Positions 12,315 to 24,931 of a stretch of DNA of 64,000 bases are shown in pieces; position 1 is the stretch's first letter; each line of letters opens with the position of its first letter. The position numbers and the translations under genes are program-made. The notes under the pieces are model-generated. The model was given only the letters and a program-made list of their open reading frames with translations, was not told the DNA's origin and ran no database searches. The stretch comes from Octopus vulgaris (taxonomy: Eukaryota), in contig OX597816.1 in NCBI GenBank assembly GCA_951406725.2, positions 27,342,001 through 27,406,000 of the forward strand, in the 5' to 3' direction.

Positions 12315-12617
12315 GATGATTTCGCGTTCTGATGCTTAATGCATCTTAACGCTCATCAGTGACCCTCAGTACGCCAAGGGTTAAACTCATCTCGCTTTTT
12401 CAGCTTATAAAATTTTCGCTAAGACCATACGCTGATTTCAAAAACGATAAAAGTGAAAATTATAAATAATATGGGTGACTAATTCTGTTCTGAAATCAGC
12501 GTATAATCTTAACGGAAATCTCATAAGCTGACAAGGCGAAATGAGTTTAACCCTAGGCATGGTGAGAGCCACTGATGAGAGTCAAGATGCATTAAGCATC
12601 AGAACGCGAAATCATCG
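12315..12617. repeat. Inverted repeat (~128-bp arms), each arm carrying a hammerhead core
   Basis: 12315-12442 is the reverse complement of 12489-12617, with moderate divergence. Confidence 0.85.
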
Positions 12618-12627
12618 ATGATTTGAC
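12568..12627 (+). ncRNA. Hammerhead ribozyme motif with extended stem II
   Basis: CUGAUGA (12572-12578), stem II with inner GAUGC/GCAUC, GAAA (12608-12611), palindromic AUCAUCGAUGAU, then U-UGAC. The mirror copy at 12320-12363 has perfect GCGUU/AACGC and a GUCA stem I arm. Confidence 0.65.
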
Positions 12628-12629
12628 TG

Positions 12630-13375
12630 TATCTGCGATCATAGGGAGCTTGTCTCCCTTGTCAGTTCATTAAAATAGTGTTTTTATTGGCTGTTGAGTA
12701 AAGAGTAATTTTATTCAATAAAATCGCCATTGGCTTCAATCACGACCTCCAGATGACTTCGGAAGCTCCTGCAACTCTTCTGGAAGGTCTCCTTGTTTAA
12801 GATGGGTGAATGCTGCCATAATCCTTGCCTTCAGTTCATCTTTGGTATTACAAGGAGTTTTATCAGTCTCTCACTCAACTGCACTCCACGCATAATAATC
12901 AAGTGGGGCTGCAGTCTGGAGAGTCAGGTGGCCAGATGTTAGGGGTGATGTGGTTGCAGAAATTATCTGACAGCTTGTGTGGCATGGTGCACAGTCAGGT
13001 TGCCAGACATAGGGTCTTCCAGCAGACACCCTCTTGACCCAGGGTAGCACTACCTCCTCCAGGCATTTGATGTGGGTCTCTGTGTTGAGTCTGAGACCGT
13101 AGGGGAAGATAAATGGAAGCATAACGTCACCATCCCTAGTGATCACTCCAAACACCATAATGTTGAGTGAATGTTTGACTTTTATCACTCTCGGTACATG
13201 TTTTGGAGACACGGCAAGCCAATGGTTGTTCTGTGTGTTCGCCATCTGTTCATATTGGAGATTCTGGTGCGAATGCCAAGCACTCTACTGTGTAGTCGAC
13301 AAAATCAAAAGCAAACAATACGCATGTACGAAATTAAAAATATAAAATGGTGACAATTTACCTATCGCACCCTGG
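12630..13375 (-). pseudogene. Internally deleted Tc1/mariner-superfamily (maT/DD37D-like) transposon
   Basis: MVFGVITRDGDVMLPFIFP.GLRLN..VLPWV..YVWQPDCAPCHTS, then WPPDSPDC.PLDYYAW. Terminus CAGGGTGCGATAGGTAAATTGTCA near 13374. Confidence 0.8.
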
Positions 13376-13494
13376 ATACATACATACATACATACATACA
13401 TACATACATACATACATACATACATACATACATTCTCACACACACACACATACATACATACATACATACATACATACATACATACATACATACA

Positions 13495-13530
<36 letters not shown>

Positions 13531-13795
13531 TACATATATATAAGCATAGTAAATAGGGTAATAAAAATAAATTATTATTACCAGTGACCTAGCACAAAAG
13601 ACAAATTAGTCATTAGACTATATGTTATTCATATATAAGTATATTAATTCATTAAGTACATATATAAGTACATTTCATTCCATTTCATAAATTTATCCCC
13701 TTTTTGTGTATCTAGCACTCGCTTCTTTATTTGGAAGCCTTTTAATGTACTTATATATATCTATCTATCTATATCTATCTATCTATCTATCTATC

Positions 13796-13832
<37 letters not shown>

Positions 13833-13854
13833 GTTAGAAGGTTTGGAGATGATG

Positions 13855-14088
13855 TACAGGTATTATATATTAGAAGAAATGAGGTACTCAGAAATCTGGA
13901 CGGTTTTATATTTACCGATATTTATTAGTATGTTATATGTTTTTATAAATCATATATAAAAAATTAGCGCTTTCGTCCACTCTAGTGGAGTCTTCAAATT
14001 GGACTCAATATATGATATATGATTTCTAAAACATGTAACATGCTATCTGTAAATATAAAACCATCCAGATTTCTGAGTACTTCATTTC

Positions 14089-14100
<12 letters not shown>
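13855..14100. mobile_element. Short fold-back element in (TA)n with a central hammerhead
   Basis: TATATTAGAAGAAATGAGGTACTCAGAAATCTGGACGGTTTTATATTTAC (~13866-13915) is inverted at ~14047-14098. Confidence 0.75.
13962..14000 (-). ncRNA. Minimal hammerhead motif (C3U variant)
   Basis: AAU-UUGAAGA-C-UCCAC-UAGA-GUGGA-C-GAAAG-CG-CUA-AUU. Confidence 0.55.
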
Positions 14101-14173
<73 letters not shown>

Positions 14174-14174
14174 A

Positions 14175-14388
14175 AATGTGACCGCGTGTGTACCTTTGGC
14201 GATTTTTTTCCCTCCGTCCTCCCTTCTCTGGATCTTTCCTTTTCCTATGTTTCTGACGAAGAGCTCCGCTCGAAACGTTAAACCCTCCGTCTTCCCTTCC
14301 TTCCTGAGCGTCCAATAATACTACATTTGTTCCACGTCCTCGCGTTGGTGTGTTTTCTCTTTGTGTTATCATATTTGGATTAACTTTA
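14175..14388 (+). mobile_element. ~210-bp hammerhead-bearing non-autonomous element (family H), copy 1
   Basis: Four colinear copies with shared ends (ATGTGACC..TTTGGATTAACT), each embedded in microsatellite. Confidence 0.85.
14249..14283 (+). ncRNA. Minimal type I hammerhead ribozyme motif
   Basis: GUUU-CUGACGA-A-GAGC-UCC-GCUC-GAAAC-GUU-AAAC; canonical core, stems I and II pair. Confidence 0.75.
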
Positions 14389-14664
14389 TATATATATATA
14401 TATATATATAAACTGCAAAATTATCACAGAACAGATAAATATTTATCACAACTGTCCGACGAACGGTAATTTTGCAGCTTTAATAAAAAAGATATTACTT
14501 AGCATTTCGTAGTCAAGTACTATATTTCCACCTTGTTTTGCACTTATGTGCTTACTTCTGTTCGTGTGTGTTTGTGTGTGTCTGTGTGAGCGGGTATGTG
14601 TATGTATGTAGGTAGGTAGGTATGTAGTAGAATAAGAAATAGAAAATCTTTAGTACAGTATTAT

Positions 14665-14796
14665 ATATTTGAAAAAAAAAATGAATAAAAATGACTTTTC
14701 TGATTATTTTTCCACTTTAATAATTACTTATAAACATCTAATTATTAGAGTGGAAAAATTATCAGAAAAACCATTTCCATGAATTTTTTCAAATAT
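14665..14796. repeat. AT-rich imperfect hairpin
   Basis: TTTTCTGATTATTTTTCCACTTTAATAATTA versus TAATTATTAGAGTGGAAAAATTATCAGAAAA, plus outer ATTTGAAAAAA/TTTTTTCAAAT. Confidence 0.65.
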
Positions 14797-14802
14797 ATAT
14801 AT

Positions 14803-15195
14803 ATTCTTTTACTCTTTTACTTGTTTCAGTCCTTTGACTGCGGCCATGCTGGAGCACCGCCTTTAGTCGGGCAAATCGACCCCAGGTCTTATTCTTTGTA
14901 AGCCTAGTACTTATTCTATCGGTCTCTTTTGCCGAATCGCTAACTTACGGGGGGACACCAGCATCGGTTGTTAAGTGATGTTGGGGGGACAAATACAGAC
15001 ACACACACACATATATATATATACATATATACGACGGGCTTCTTTCAGTTTCCGTCTACCAAATCCACTCACAAAGCTTCGGTCGGCCTGAGGCTATAGT
15101 AGAAGACTCTTGCCCAAGGTTCCACGCAGTGGGACTGAACCCGGAACCATGTGGTTGGTAAGCAAACTACTTACCACACAGCCACTCCTGCGCCT
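14803..15195 (-). mobile_element. SINE family A
   Basis: Full head-to-tail match to the family consensus. Confidence 0.9.
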
Positions 15196-15420
15196 GTACA
15201 TATATACATCAGTATATTAGTTCAATAACAATGGTGTGATGAATGAAAACTGAGTCAGAGTTAAGACGTGATATATTGAAGTATTTGAGGAAGTGATGGA
15301 GCCGGGTGTCTCCTTGCAGTATCCATCAGAGCATGATACTAGTAAATACAGGCTGTGAAAATGGCTAGGAACACACACGCACCCAAACACACGCACACGG
15401 ACGCACACACACATACACAA

Positions 15421-15469
<49 letters not shown>

Positions 15470-15903
15470 AACACACACACGGAGGTCAACTCATACATAT
15501 CAGAATCACGTAGTCGGAATATATAATACATACATACAAAATGTTATACTTGTACATAGACATGTACACACACACACAAAAAAAAAAACATACCGCACAT
15601 ACACTTATACATAGACACACAATAGAGTGCACATACCCTAATACATACACACACGTACGCTAACATATGCACATACGTACACGGAGACTAGATGTCGGTG
15701 TGCAAGCGCGTCTACACACGCACACCCTCCCAAACAAATGCATATATACACTCTCACAGTCAGATTCATAGATAGATAGATGAATATGCACCCACACACA
15801 TACATACACTAGCGTACCCAAGAATAAAGAGAAAACGGTAATAACAATATATATACACACACATATTCATTCATATACATATACATACATACTACATCCA
15901 TCC

Positions 15904-16040
<137 letters not shown>

Positions 16041-16233
16041 CATACATATACATATATATGTATATATACATACATATACATAAATATATATGTATATATA
16101 TGTATGTATATATGTATAAATATATGTATATATATATATATCTATATGGCGTCATTCGAAGGCTAAAACAATGCGAACGCATTGTGACCAGCGATGTGTA
16201 ACAGTATCTGATGTTCTGGTCGGTCACGTGATA

Positions 16234-16370
<137 letters not shown>

Positions 16371-16387
16371 TAGGTCCTGGTAGTGTG

Positions 16388-16478
16388 TAGAGGTAGGGTA
16401 TTTCCAGAGAAGCTCTCAACCCGAATACTGGGCTATCAACACTGTCGGGTTTCAAAACAATACCGGAATTCTTCAAGT

Positions 16479-16524
<46 letters not shown>

Positions 16525-17142
16525 GCATACACACACACACGCACACACACACACGCACCTATATATATGAGAGGTATTGGTATCTAGAAGACCCAAAGAG
16601 TGTCAGGTAACGCCAAGTAAGTACTGTGGACAGACCGTAGGTAAACTCTTGGTTCGATAATGATACGAGTGAGGAAGAGAGTAATGTGGGTCTTGTTTTA
16701 GCATATATATATATTATACAGAATAATATAACAAAGCCAAAGCTGTGAGGAAATTCCAGGACATTTATAACGAAATAGTCTTACAACTGTTTCTGGGATA
16801 TTATGGATATCCCTTCATCAGAGACGGCGTGAGAAAATATTTGAGTTCGAATTATTGTGGAAAAGGAATAGATAGGGAATATGAAAGTAGTGCAACTACT
16901 ATATCTTTATATATCTTATTTCTACTGTCATTCTCTTATTTCCCTCTATATTCCCTATCTCCACCTTTTCCATAATATCCCAGAGGTAGGGTATTTCCAG
17001 AGAAGCTCTCAACCCGAATACTGGGCTATCAACACTGTCGGGTTTCAAAACAATACCGGAATTCTTCAAGTGCACACACACTAGTAAGACTATTTCATTA
17101 TAAATGTCCGAAAAACTCCTCACAACCTTGGCTTTGTTATCT
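16388..17142. mobile_element. Penelope-type pseudo-LTR complex (direct plus inverted repeats, hammerhead)
   Basis: ~95-bp near-identical direct repeat at 16389-16485 and 16982-17080. 16731-16784 is inverted at 17084-17140. HHR at 16778-16825. Confidence 0.7.
16778..16825 (-). ncRNA. Type I hammerhead ribozyme motif
   Basis: GUCU-CUGAUGA-A-GGGAUAU/AUAUCCC-A-GAAAC-AGUU-GUA-AGAC; canonical core, 7-bp stem II, GUA cleavage triplet. Confidence 0.8.
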
Positions 17143-17148
17143 CATTAT

Positions 17149-17214
<66 letters not shown>

Positions 17215-17339
17215 ATATATATGTATATATAAATATAAATAAAGATATAAATACAAATGTATGTGTGAGTGTGTGTGTATGTATTATGTAGGTAGGGTTA
17301 GGTATATTGATGCAATATACCACCAAGCTTAAATTTAGT

Positions 17340-18530
17340 AAGCCCGAACTGTGAAACACACACAGTGAGCAACATTTTAGACATACTACTGATACCTATT
17401 TTAAAATACATACCAAGTCATGTGAGGGACCTGTTAAACCAACGTACCCCAATCTAGTCATGGCTTGAACTTCCACAAATATCTACTAGAAAATTGGAAA
17501 CGTTACATAGATGACTGCCTAATCCTATGGACGTATACATTTGAACAACTTAGATTTCAAGAACCTAATCGATAGCATAAACAATAATATCAACTTTACC
17601 ATGGAATACAGTACTCAACTACCATTCCTGGATATATTAATCCTCAAACGAGATAAAATCGTTGAAATAGATATTCACTACAAAAAATAGATTCTAAACA
17701 ATACTTATTACTCTCCTCATGCCATCCCAAACACAGAAAGAATAATATTCCCTTCAATGCAGCAAGAAGAATCTGCACAATTGTCTCAAACCCTGAAACT
17801 CACTATAAAAAACTCCAGGAACTAAAACAAGTACTACTTGAAAGACAATGTTCATTAATGCTAGTAGACAACGGAATAGAACGTGCCAAAGCAATAAGTA
17901 TCGAAGAACTTCGAAAAATGCTCCAGGTAATCCAATAACCTACTCTTTATTACAACACACAACCAAAGAAACACAGACGTTTACAATATTATTCATCAGA
18001 ACATCCCACTTCTAAAACAAGCCCTAAGCATGAAACAAACATTCGAAATACACAGAATTAATCAAAAGTAAAAGACAACTAAAGTCCCTCAAAACATTCT
18101 TCACAAGTGCTAAATTACTTTCCACAGTTCCTACACCAACAGTAAAAAAATGTGGCCACCCCAATTACGGAACCTTATTGAAGACACAGTGTACAAATTC
18201 AAATCAGGACAGACTTTTACCGTAAAAAATCACTTTACATGTTCAAGGAATTTAAAATATGCTATCAAATGTCAAGGATGTAATAAAGATTACATTGGTC
18301 AAACAAAGCTTATTCTGAGAAATAGACTGGTCATTCACCGACAGCAAATACGAGACCCCAGTACTAGACAGATCCCACTGAGTGGTCACATAGACATATG
18401 TGCCAAAAATAAGTCTCCCAAATTCCAGGTTTTCCTACTCTACCTGTGTTAAGCGAATACCACAGATGAAGCACGGATAAACAAAGTAAATACTTTCATA
18501 CAAAAGTACCAAGACTTAACAAACTTTAAC
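17340..18530 (+). pseudogene. Penelope-like element ORF remnant: reverse transcriptase C-terminus plus GIY-YIG endonuclease
   Basis: WKRYIDDCLILW (17495-17530), LPFLDILI, SSCHPKH.KNNIPF..RRIC and FTCSRNLKYAIKCQGCNKDYIGQT..LRNR..H; multiple frameshifts. Confidence 0.9.
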
Positions 18531-19090
18531 TGAGTACATACACAAATAACTACTCACACATAAAATTCATTCTACCACTTATCATGGGGAAACTACACAG
18601 CTAACAACCTAAATTTTAACCATTGGACTACATACAAACGACTCCTGTCAACTCTCTCACCAGATAAATTAAATTTGGTCTGTCTTGATTATGACTAAAC
18701 ATGTTCACTCAACCGTGTCGGCGCAAAATATACTGTCATGTGACAGTAACGCACGGATGTAGAGGGAAACGTACAAAAGGTTATAAACTTAATCATGTGT
18801 TCATTCTCTGTAAACACTTGACAGAAAACATTTAGAGCATTGATTGTTTGGATTTGTTCAGTCAACCGTGTCAGCCTTAACTTACGACGCCAAACATTGT
18901 CACTTGATACTAATACACGGACGTAGCGGGGGACCTACAAAAATTCCCAAGACCAGTCATGTGACTATCCTCTACCAATCAAATCCTATTCAAAACATAT
19001 ACTAATTGAGCCATGAACACCCTATAAAAACAGGGCAAACATCAAACACTAATCAGAGGCAAGACAGCTGCGACATAAGCCATGTCCTTC

Positions 19091-19146
19091 TATTTGAACT
19101 TTTTGAAAATCAGTGTTAACTGTGAAACCGGTTAGAGCTTCAAATA
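19091..19146 (+). ncRNA. Hammerhead motif with U3-A8 covariation at the 3' end of the Penelope element
   Basis: UAUUUGAA-CUUU / AGAG-C-UUCAAAUA stem I; core UUGAAAA; stem II CAGU/ACUG; GAAAC-CG-GUU. Followed by AATAAA and (TA)n. Confidence 0.6.
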
Positions 19147-19282
19147 TTTTAATAAAAAATATTTAACTATATATATATATATATATATAAATTAAATAAT
19201 AAGGGTAGAAATTGATATTAATCAATTAAAACCAGTGGCTTAGCATATCTAAAAAGAATCCGAAGATTAAAAATTGTGTTAC

Positions 19283-19468
19283 ATACAAAATTTAGAGGAA
19301 TGACCACTAAAGTGGACAGCCTATATACTAAACATAGACGTCAAATCGCCATTACCACGAAGAATGTGTTCTCAAGAGAAATCACATTCTTCGTGGTAAT
19401 GGCGATTTGACGTCTATGTTCAGCATATAGGCTGTCCACTTTAGTGGTCATTCCTCTAAATTTTGTAT
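19283..19468. repeat. Near-perfect palindrome with 86-bp arms
   Basis: 19283-19368 versus 19383-19468, with two mismatches that I can see. Confidence 0.92.
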
Positions 19469-19878
19469 TTCTTTACTCCTTTGCTTGTTTCAGTCATTTG
19501 ACTGTGGCCATGCTGAAGCACCGCATTTAGTCGAGCAAATCGACCCCGGGACTTATTCTTCGTAAGCCCAGTACTTATTCTATCGGTCTCTTTTGCTGAA
19601 CCGCTAAGTGACGTGGACGTAAACAAACCAGCATCGGTTGTCAAGCAATGCTAGGGGGACAAATACACACACACAAATACACACATACACACACATATAT
19701 ATATATACATATATGCGACAGGCTTCTTTCAGTTTCCGTCTACCAAATCCACTCACAAGGCATTGGTCGGCCCGGGGCTATAGCAGAAGACACTTGCCCA
19801 AGATGCCACGCAGTGGGACTGAACCCGGAACCATGTGGTTGGTCAGCAAGCTACTTACCACACAGCCACTCATGCGCG
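19469..19878 (-). mobile_element. SINE family A
   Basis: Full match to the family consensus. Confidence 0.9.
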
Positions 19879-19910
<32 letters not shown>

Positions 19911-19950
19911 TTGAGTTGTGGGGTATCGCACGAGTGGGATTATATAAGAA

Positions 19951-20088
19951 AAAAGGTTTGAAAATGCAATTTAAATTATGTAAAAAACTTTTTTGAACCC
20001 ATATTATTCAATGTTACTTTTGACAATCTTTTACCAAAGAGTGAAACCGGTTAAGTAAATAAACATCGTTTAAATTGCATTTTCAAAC

Positions 20089-20092
<4 letters not shown>
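19951..20092. mobile_element. Short fold-back element in (TA)n containing a U3-A8 hammerhead (20014-20058, + strand)
   Basis: AAAAGGTTTGAAAATGCAATTTAAA / TTTAAATTGCATTTTCAAACCTTT flank UUACUU-UUGACAA-UCUUU..AAAGA-GU-GAAAC-CG-GUU-AAGUAA. Confidence 0.7.
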
Positions 20093-20158
<66 letters not shown>

Positions 20159-21067
20159 TAGCAACACACGAACCACCATAACTCGGTTTTCGATTGAAAT
20201 ATAGACAAAAAAATTTCTCCAACCCTAATCAGTTATTCAGCTACTATAGTGACCTTTCACTATAATTGGTCCCGCGTCACCAACAACACAACTCCCCAGA
20301 CTCAATCGGTTTAACTTGTATCTCTTCATTTCGTCATCCAAATTGTGCCTGTCCACCATCTCGACAGGTCCCATATTAAAACTACATTTTATCATATGCT
20401 CCAGCCTTACCTTTTTTTTAAAACAGTGAACTGGCGTGTTGATTTGTGTCCTTTTATATTCATCATTCAACGCCTACAATCTCCAAGTCCCCAACCTCCT
20501 TAGAATGTCATCTCTCTAGAGCCCCACAATCTACCTCGTCGTTGACTGCCTGTTGTTCCAGATGAACATCAATCGTAAAGACATCCGCAATATCAGCCTC
20601 GTCAACGTCGTCGTCTTAGACGTCGCCGACGTCGTCTTCGCCACAATTCACAGCCGCCATACCAGCAGTAAATCCCCACAAAAAGCAACAAAAATTTGAA
20701 AAACGCCACCACCACCACCACCACCACTACAATAGTAAAACCAATAACAACAGTCTAACTAAAAACCGTAATACGTTTAGAGAAGGACTCTCAACCGATT
20801 GCGCTACTTGCGGATCTACTTGACAAACGGCCATAGTTCGCAGAGAAATTAAAAATGGTGAAGAAGTGTTTGTGAGGTGTAGTGTAACGCAGTAATAGTA
20901 GTAGTAGTAGTTGTAACAGTAGTTGTTGTTATTATATTGCCATATCACCAAACACAGCACTTGAGCCACTCAACTCTCACACCTGTCAAAGACAGTCCTC
21001 ACCTGTCAACATTTACACCTGACTCAGTTAGTTACCTTTCCTCCACAACTTCCAACGTATTTTCATC

Positions 21068-21230
21068 TTTTATCTTTTATGCTTTTACTTTTTCCAGTCA
21101 TTAGACTGCGGCCATCCTGGAGCACCGTCTTCAAAGGGAAGCTATTCTATCGTGCTCTTGTTGCCGAACCGCTGAATAACAGGGACGTAAAAGAACCTAC
21201 ACCAGTTCTTAAGCGGTAGTAGGACACACA
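21068..21230 (-). mobile_element. Degenerate 3' fragment of SINE family A
   Basis: CAGTCATTAGACTGCGGCCATCCTGGAGCACCG..TTGCCGAACCGCT. Confidence 0.7.
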
Positions 21231-21234
21231 CACA

Positions 21235-21285
<51 letters not shown>

Positions 21286-21407
21286 TTATACATTCATATG
21301 TACATACATATATACTTACATATATATATATATATATATGTGTATATGGAGAGTTACGCGCGCGTACTTATATGCATACATTCACACATACATCTATACA
21401 TTATACT

Positions 21408-21640
21408 TATTTCTTTATTACCCACAAGGGACTAAACACAGAGGGGACAAACAAGGACAGACATAGGTATTAAGTCGATTACATCGACCCTAAGGCGTAA
21501 CTGGTACTTAATTTATCGACCCTGAAAGGATGAAAGGTAAAGTCGACCTCGGCGGAATTTGAACTCACAACGTAACGGCAGACGAAATACTGGTAAGCAT
21601 TTCGCCCGGTGTGCTAACGTTTCTGCCAGATCACCGCCTT
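21408..21640 (-). mobile_element. SINE family B, full length
   Basis: Colinear with 6045-6280. Confidence 0.9.
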
Positions 21641-21649
21641 ATACATATA

Positions 21650-22044
21650 CTAGCAGTATCACCCGGCGTTGCTCGGGTTTGTTTCGACCCTTTAGAATTG
21701 GAATTTTTGAAAAGTAAAAATTTTGCATTATGTAGCTTGTTATACTCTTTAAGTGAACATTTCTCTTATTGAAATACACCAAAAAATGGCGACACAGCTG
21801 TCAAAAATAGTAAAAAATAGGGATTTTCATATAAAAAACCCCACCTTTTTGATGTAAATAATTTTTGGTGTTAACATGGTCCGATTTGAATTTTTTTCTT
21901 CTACGGAAGGAAGAGCAAGCCTTCTTCTATCATACTATCAATTTTGGTCAACTTGCGCCGCAGGGTCTTGGAGGTGATAGTGTTAGTTGAAGGCTACCAA
22001 ACCTGCCATACACAGACAACTTCAGCTTTATATATATAGAGAGA
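21650..22044 (-). mobile_element. Non-autonomous Helitron
   Basis: On the minus strand: A|TC.. 5' end, 3' hairpin CCCGAGCAACGCCGGG, then CTAG|T. No TSD. Termini shared with 39447 and 57338. Confidence 0.8.
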
Positions 22045-22056
22045 TATGCATGTATA

Positions 22057-22159
<103 letters not shown>

Positions 22160-22302
22160 AGACATACATACGTATAAACTTAAATGTATACATTCTATGA
22201 AGTACGTTTGTGTGTATATATATGAATATATATAAATGCACACATATATCAATCTATATAGAGACATATACTCGTATGCATGTTTATTATAAATGTTTCT
22301 AT

Positions 22303-22334
<32 letters not shown>

Positions 22335-22368
22335 CTGTCTATCTATCTATCAATCTATCTATCTATCC

Positions 22369-22489
<121 letters not shown>

Positions 22490-23289
22490 CAAATATGCAT
22501 GTGTGTATGTGTGTGTTTGAATGTTTGGTAAATCTAAAGGGAGAAAGAATTCTCCATAAATGGACATATATGTTTTTATGAGCAGAAAATGACTCAAGGT
22601 ATCGGTGCTTCCTGCTTAACACGTATGTATGGTCCCACGCAACAACATCTGGCCGTTTGTGTACTAACTTGGTGCATGATTTCATTTGTACGTATGAGAA
22701 GAAGAGTAGTTAAGATGTGGCACTCCACTCCTCAAAACCCTGAAATTCCCAAACCAGAGCCCGGCTATAATCCATTTTAGAGCGGGGATGCAGAAATACC
22801 CCTGGTTGGTGTCAGGGCGTGCAGCTGAACGACTGGGAGTGTCACAGCATCCTTCTAGGAGAGGGACACTCTGATGTAAAACTTGCGGTTTCAGGTGATT
22901 ACTGGTACTTGTACTTGTGGCGGCGTTCACCCAGGGCGGGTTGAGCCGGCTTCTTCTCTGGTCCTAACGGCATCACGAACCATGGAGGCTTCGAGGTCGT
23001 TCTGTCCCTGTGTCTGTGGTGACTCCGCATGCGGGATGTCGGGGACCGCTTGTGAATTCAATATTCCCACGAAACTTCTTCTATGATTACTGGTCATCTC
23101 GTTTCGGCCTGTAACTAGGTGCATGTACAAGCATTTATCACAATGCATCGACGTACAGATATCCTTTTATGGGGCCCTCATTTGTCATTCCATCTAATGA
23201 AAGTTCAATGGGAATGAGTGCACAGCAAATTGCAACTTTCGTCTGTCCCTTACGCCTCAATCTATGTAGGTGTATGAACCTCTTTTTTG

Positions 23290-23648
23290 GTTTTATTTGT
23301 TTCTAAGAGTTTAGTCGAGCAAATCGAGTCTGGTCCTCTTACTTATTCTATCGGGCTCCTTTTACCGAACCGCTAAGTTACGGGGACATAAACACACCAC
23401 ATCAGTTGTCAAGCGATGTTGGGGGGACAAACACAGACACACAAACATATACATACACATACATATATATATATACATATATACGACGGGCTTCTTTCAG
23501 TTTCCGTCTACCAAATCCACTCACAAGGCTTTGGTCGGCCCGAGGCTATAGTAGAAGACACTTGCCCAAGGTGCCACGCAGTGGGACTGAACCCGGAACC
23601 ATGTAGCTTGTAAGCAAGCAACTTACCACACAGCCACTCATACGCCTA
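23290..23648 (-). mobile_element. SINE family A (tail partly deleted)
   Basis: Head and body match the family consensus. Confidence 0.85.
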
Positions 23649-24170
23649 TATTGTTTATTTTTCCATTACAATTATATGAAGGCACCAAATTTTTAAGTGC
23701 TTAGGACCTCTAAGGATCTTACTCCGGCCCTGCTGGTTTCATAGACATACTGTCTCCTCTCTCCATCTTTTCTAACCCTACTACATAAGCCTCTGCTCTT
23801 TCAAGCTGGCTTGTGTTGTGCAACCGCCACTCTGAAACTCCTCGGTCACTGGTCTCCGCTCTTCTCATCATATATGTATCCTTTCACACCAACTCCCAAA
23901 TCTCACACGCTGAATTTCTTCTCGACTCCGTAATTTAGCGCTCAAGAATTGTCCAATGCGCTCGCGCGCGCGCACACACACACACACAAGTTTTTCCTAC
24001 AGCAATCGTTTTGCAACTTATCTTCAGAAATTGCTGATCTCATCAATCTTGAAGGACATACTAATGCCAATTTATGTACGTACATACATGCATGCATACA
24101 TACTTGCATACATGCATTTATACATATATTTCCTGCACATATATATTTGAGTGTGTGTATATATGTATAC

Positions 24171-24222
<52 letters not shown>

Positions 24223-24247
24223 AGAAGAAGAAGAAGAAGAAGAAGAA

Positions 24248-24279
<32 letters not shown>

Positions 24280-24438
24280 AGAAGAAGAATGTCGACAAAA
24301 GAAAAATATCAGAGAAAAAATTAAGTTAAAAAGCTATAAATTATATAAAAGTTAAAATACGTAAATAAATGAATGTAAAAAGCAAATATAATTATTTCAA
24401 TTGTTTGTAGTGCACGTGCATGTGTGTGTGTGTATGTA

Positions 24439-24585
24439 TGTGTGGCTGTGTAATTAAGAATCGTGCTTCCCAACCATGTGGTCTTGGGTCGCATTGCGCG
24501 GTACCTTAGGCAAGTGTCTTCTATAGCGTCGGGCCAACCAAAGCCTTGTAAGGAGATATGGTAGGCGGAAACTAAAAGAAGACCA
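24439..24585 (+). mobile_element. Degenerate 5' half of SINE family A
   Basis: GTGGCTGTG..CTTCCCAACCATGTGG..GGCAAGTGTCTTCTATAGC. Confidence 0.7.
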
Positions 24586-24632
24586 TGGCAAAAATAGATA
24601 GATAGATAGGTAGATAGAAAGATAGATAGATT

Positions 24633-24679
<47 letters not shown>

Positions 24680-24683
<4 letters not shown>

Positions 24684-24898
24684 TTCTTTATTGCCCACAA
24701 GGGGCTAAACATAGAGGGGAGAGACAAAGGTATTAAGTCGATTACATCGACCCCAGTGCGAAAAAGGTACTTAATTTATCGACCCCGAAAGACTGAAAGG
24801 CAAAGTCGACCTCGGCGGAATTTGAACTCACAACGTAACGGCAGACGAAATACGGCTACGCATTTCGCCCGGCGTGCTAACGTTTCTGCCAGCTCGCC
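24680..24898 (-). mobile_element. SINE family B inserted in a (GATA)n tract
   Basis: Colinear with the other B copies; (AGAT)n on both sides. Confidence 0.9.
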
Positions 24899-24899
24899 G

Positions 24900-24931
<32 letters not shown>

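Noticed and set aside
22700-23260. GC-richer block, partly similar to 47560-47640
   Set aside because: Likely a retroelement UTR remnant, but no diagnostic motif allows classification.
23660-23732. ..CCGGCCCTG as a TIR of the hAT at 25610-28422
   Set aside because: It faces the wrong way to bound that element, and I found no partner TIR or 8-bp TSD.
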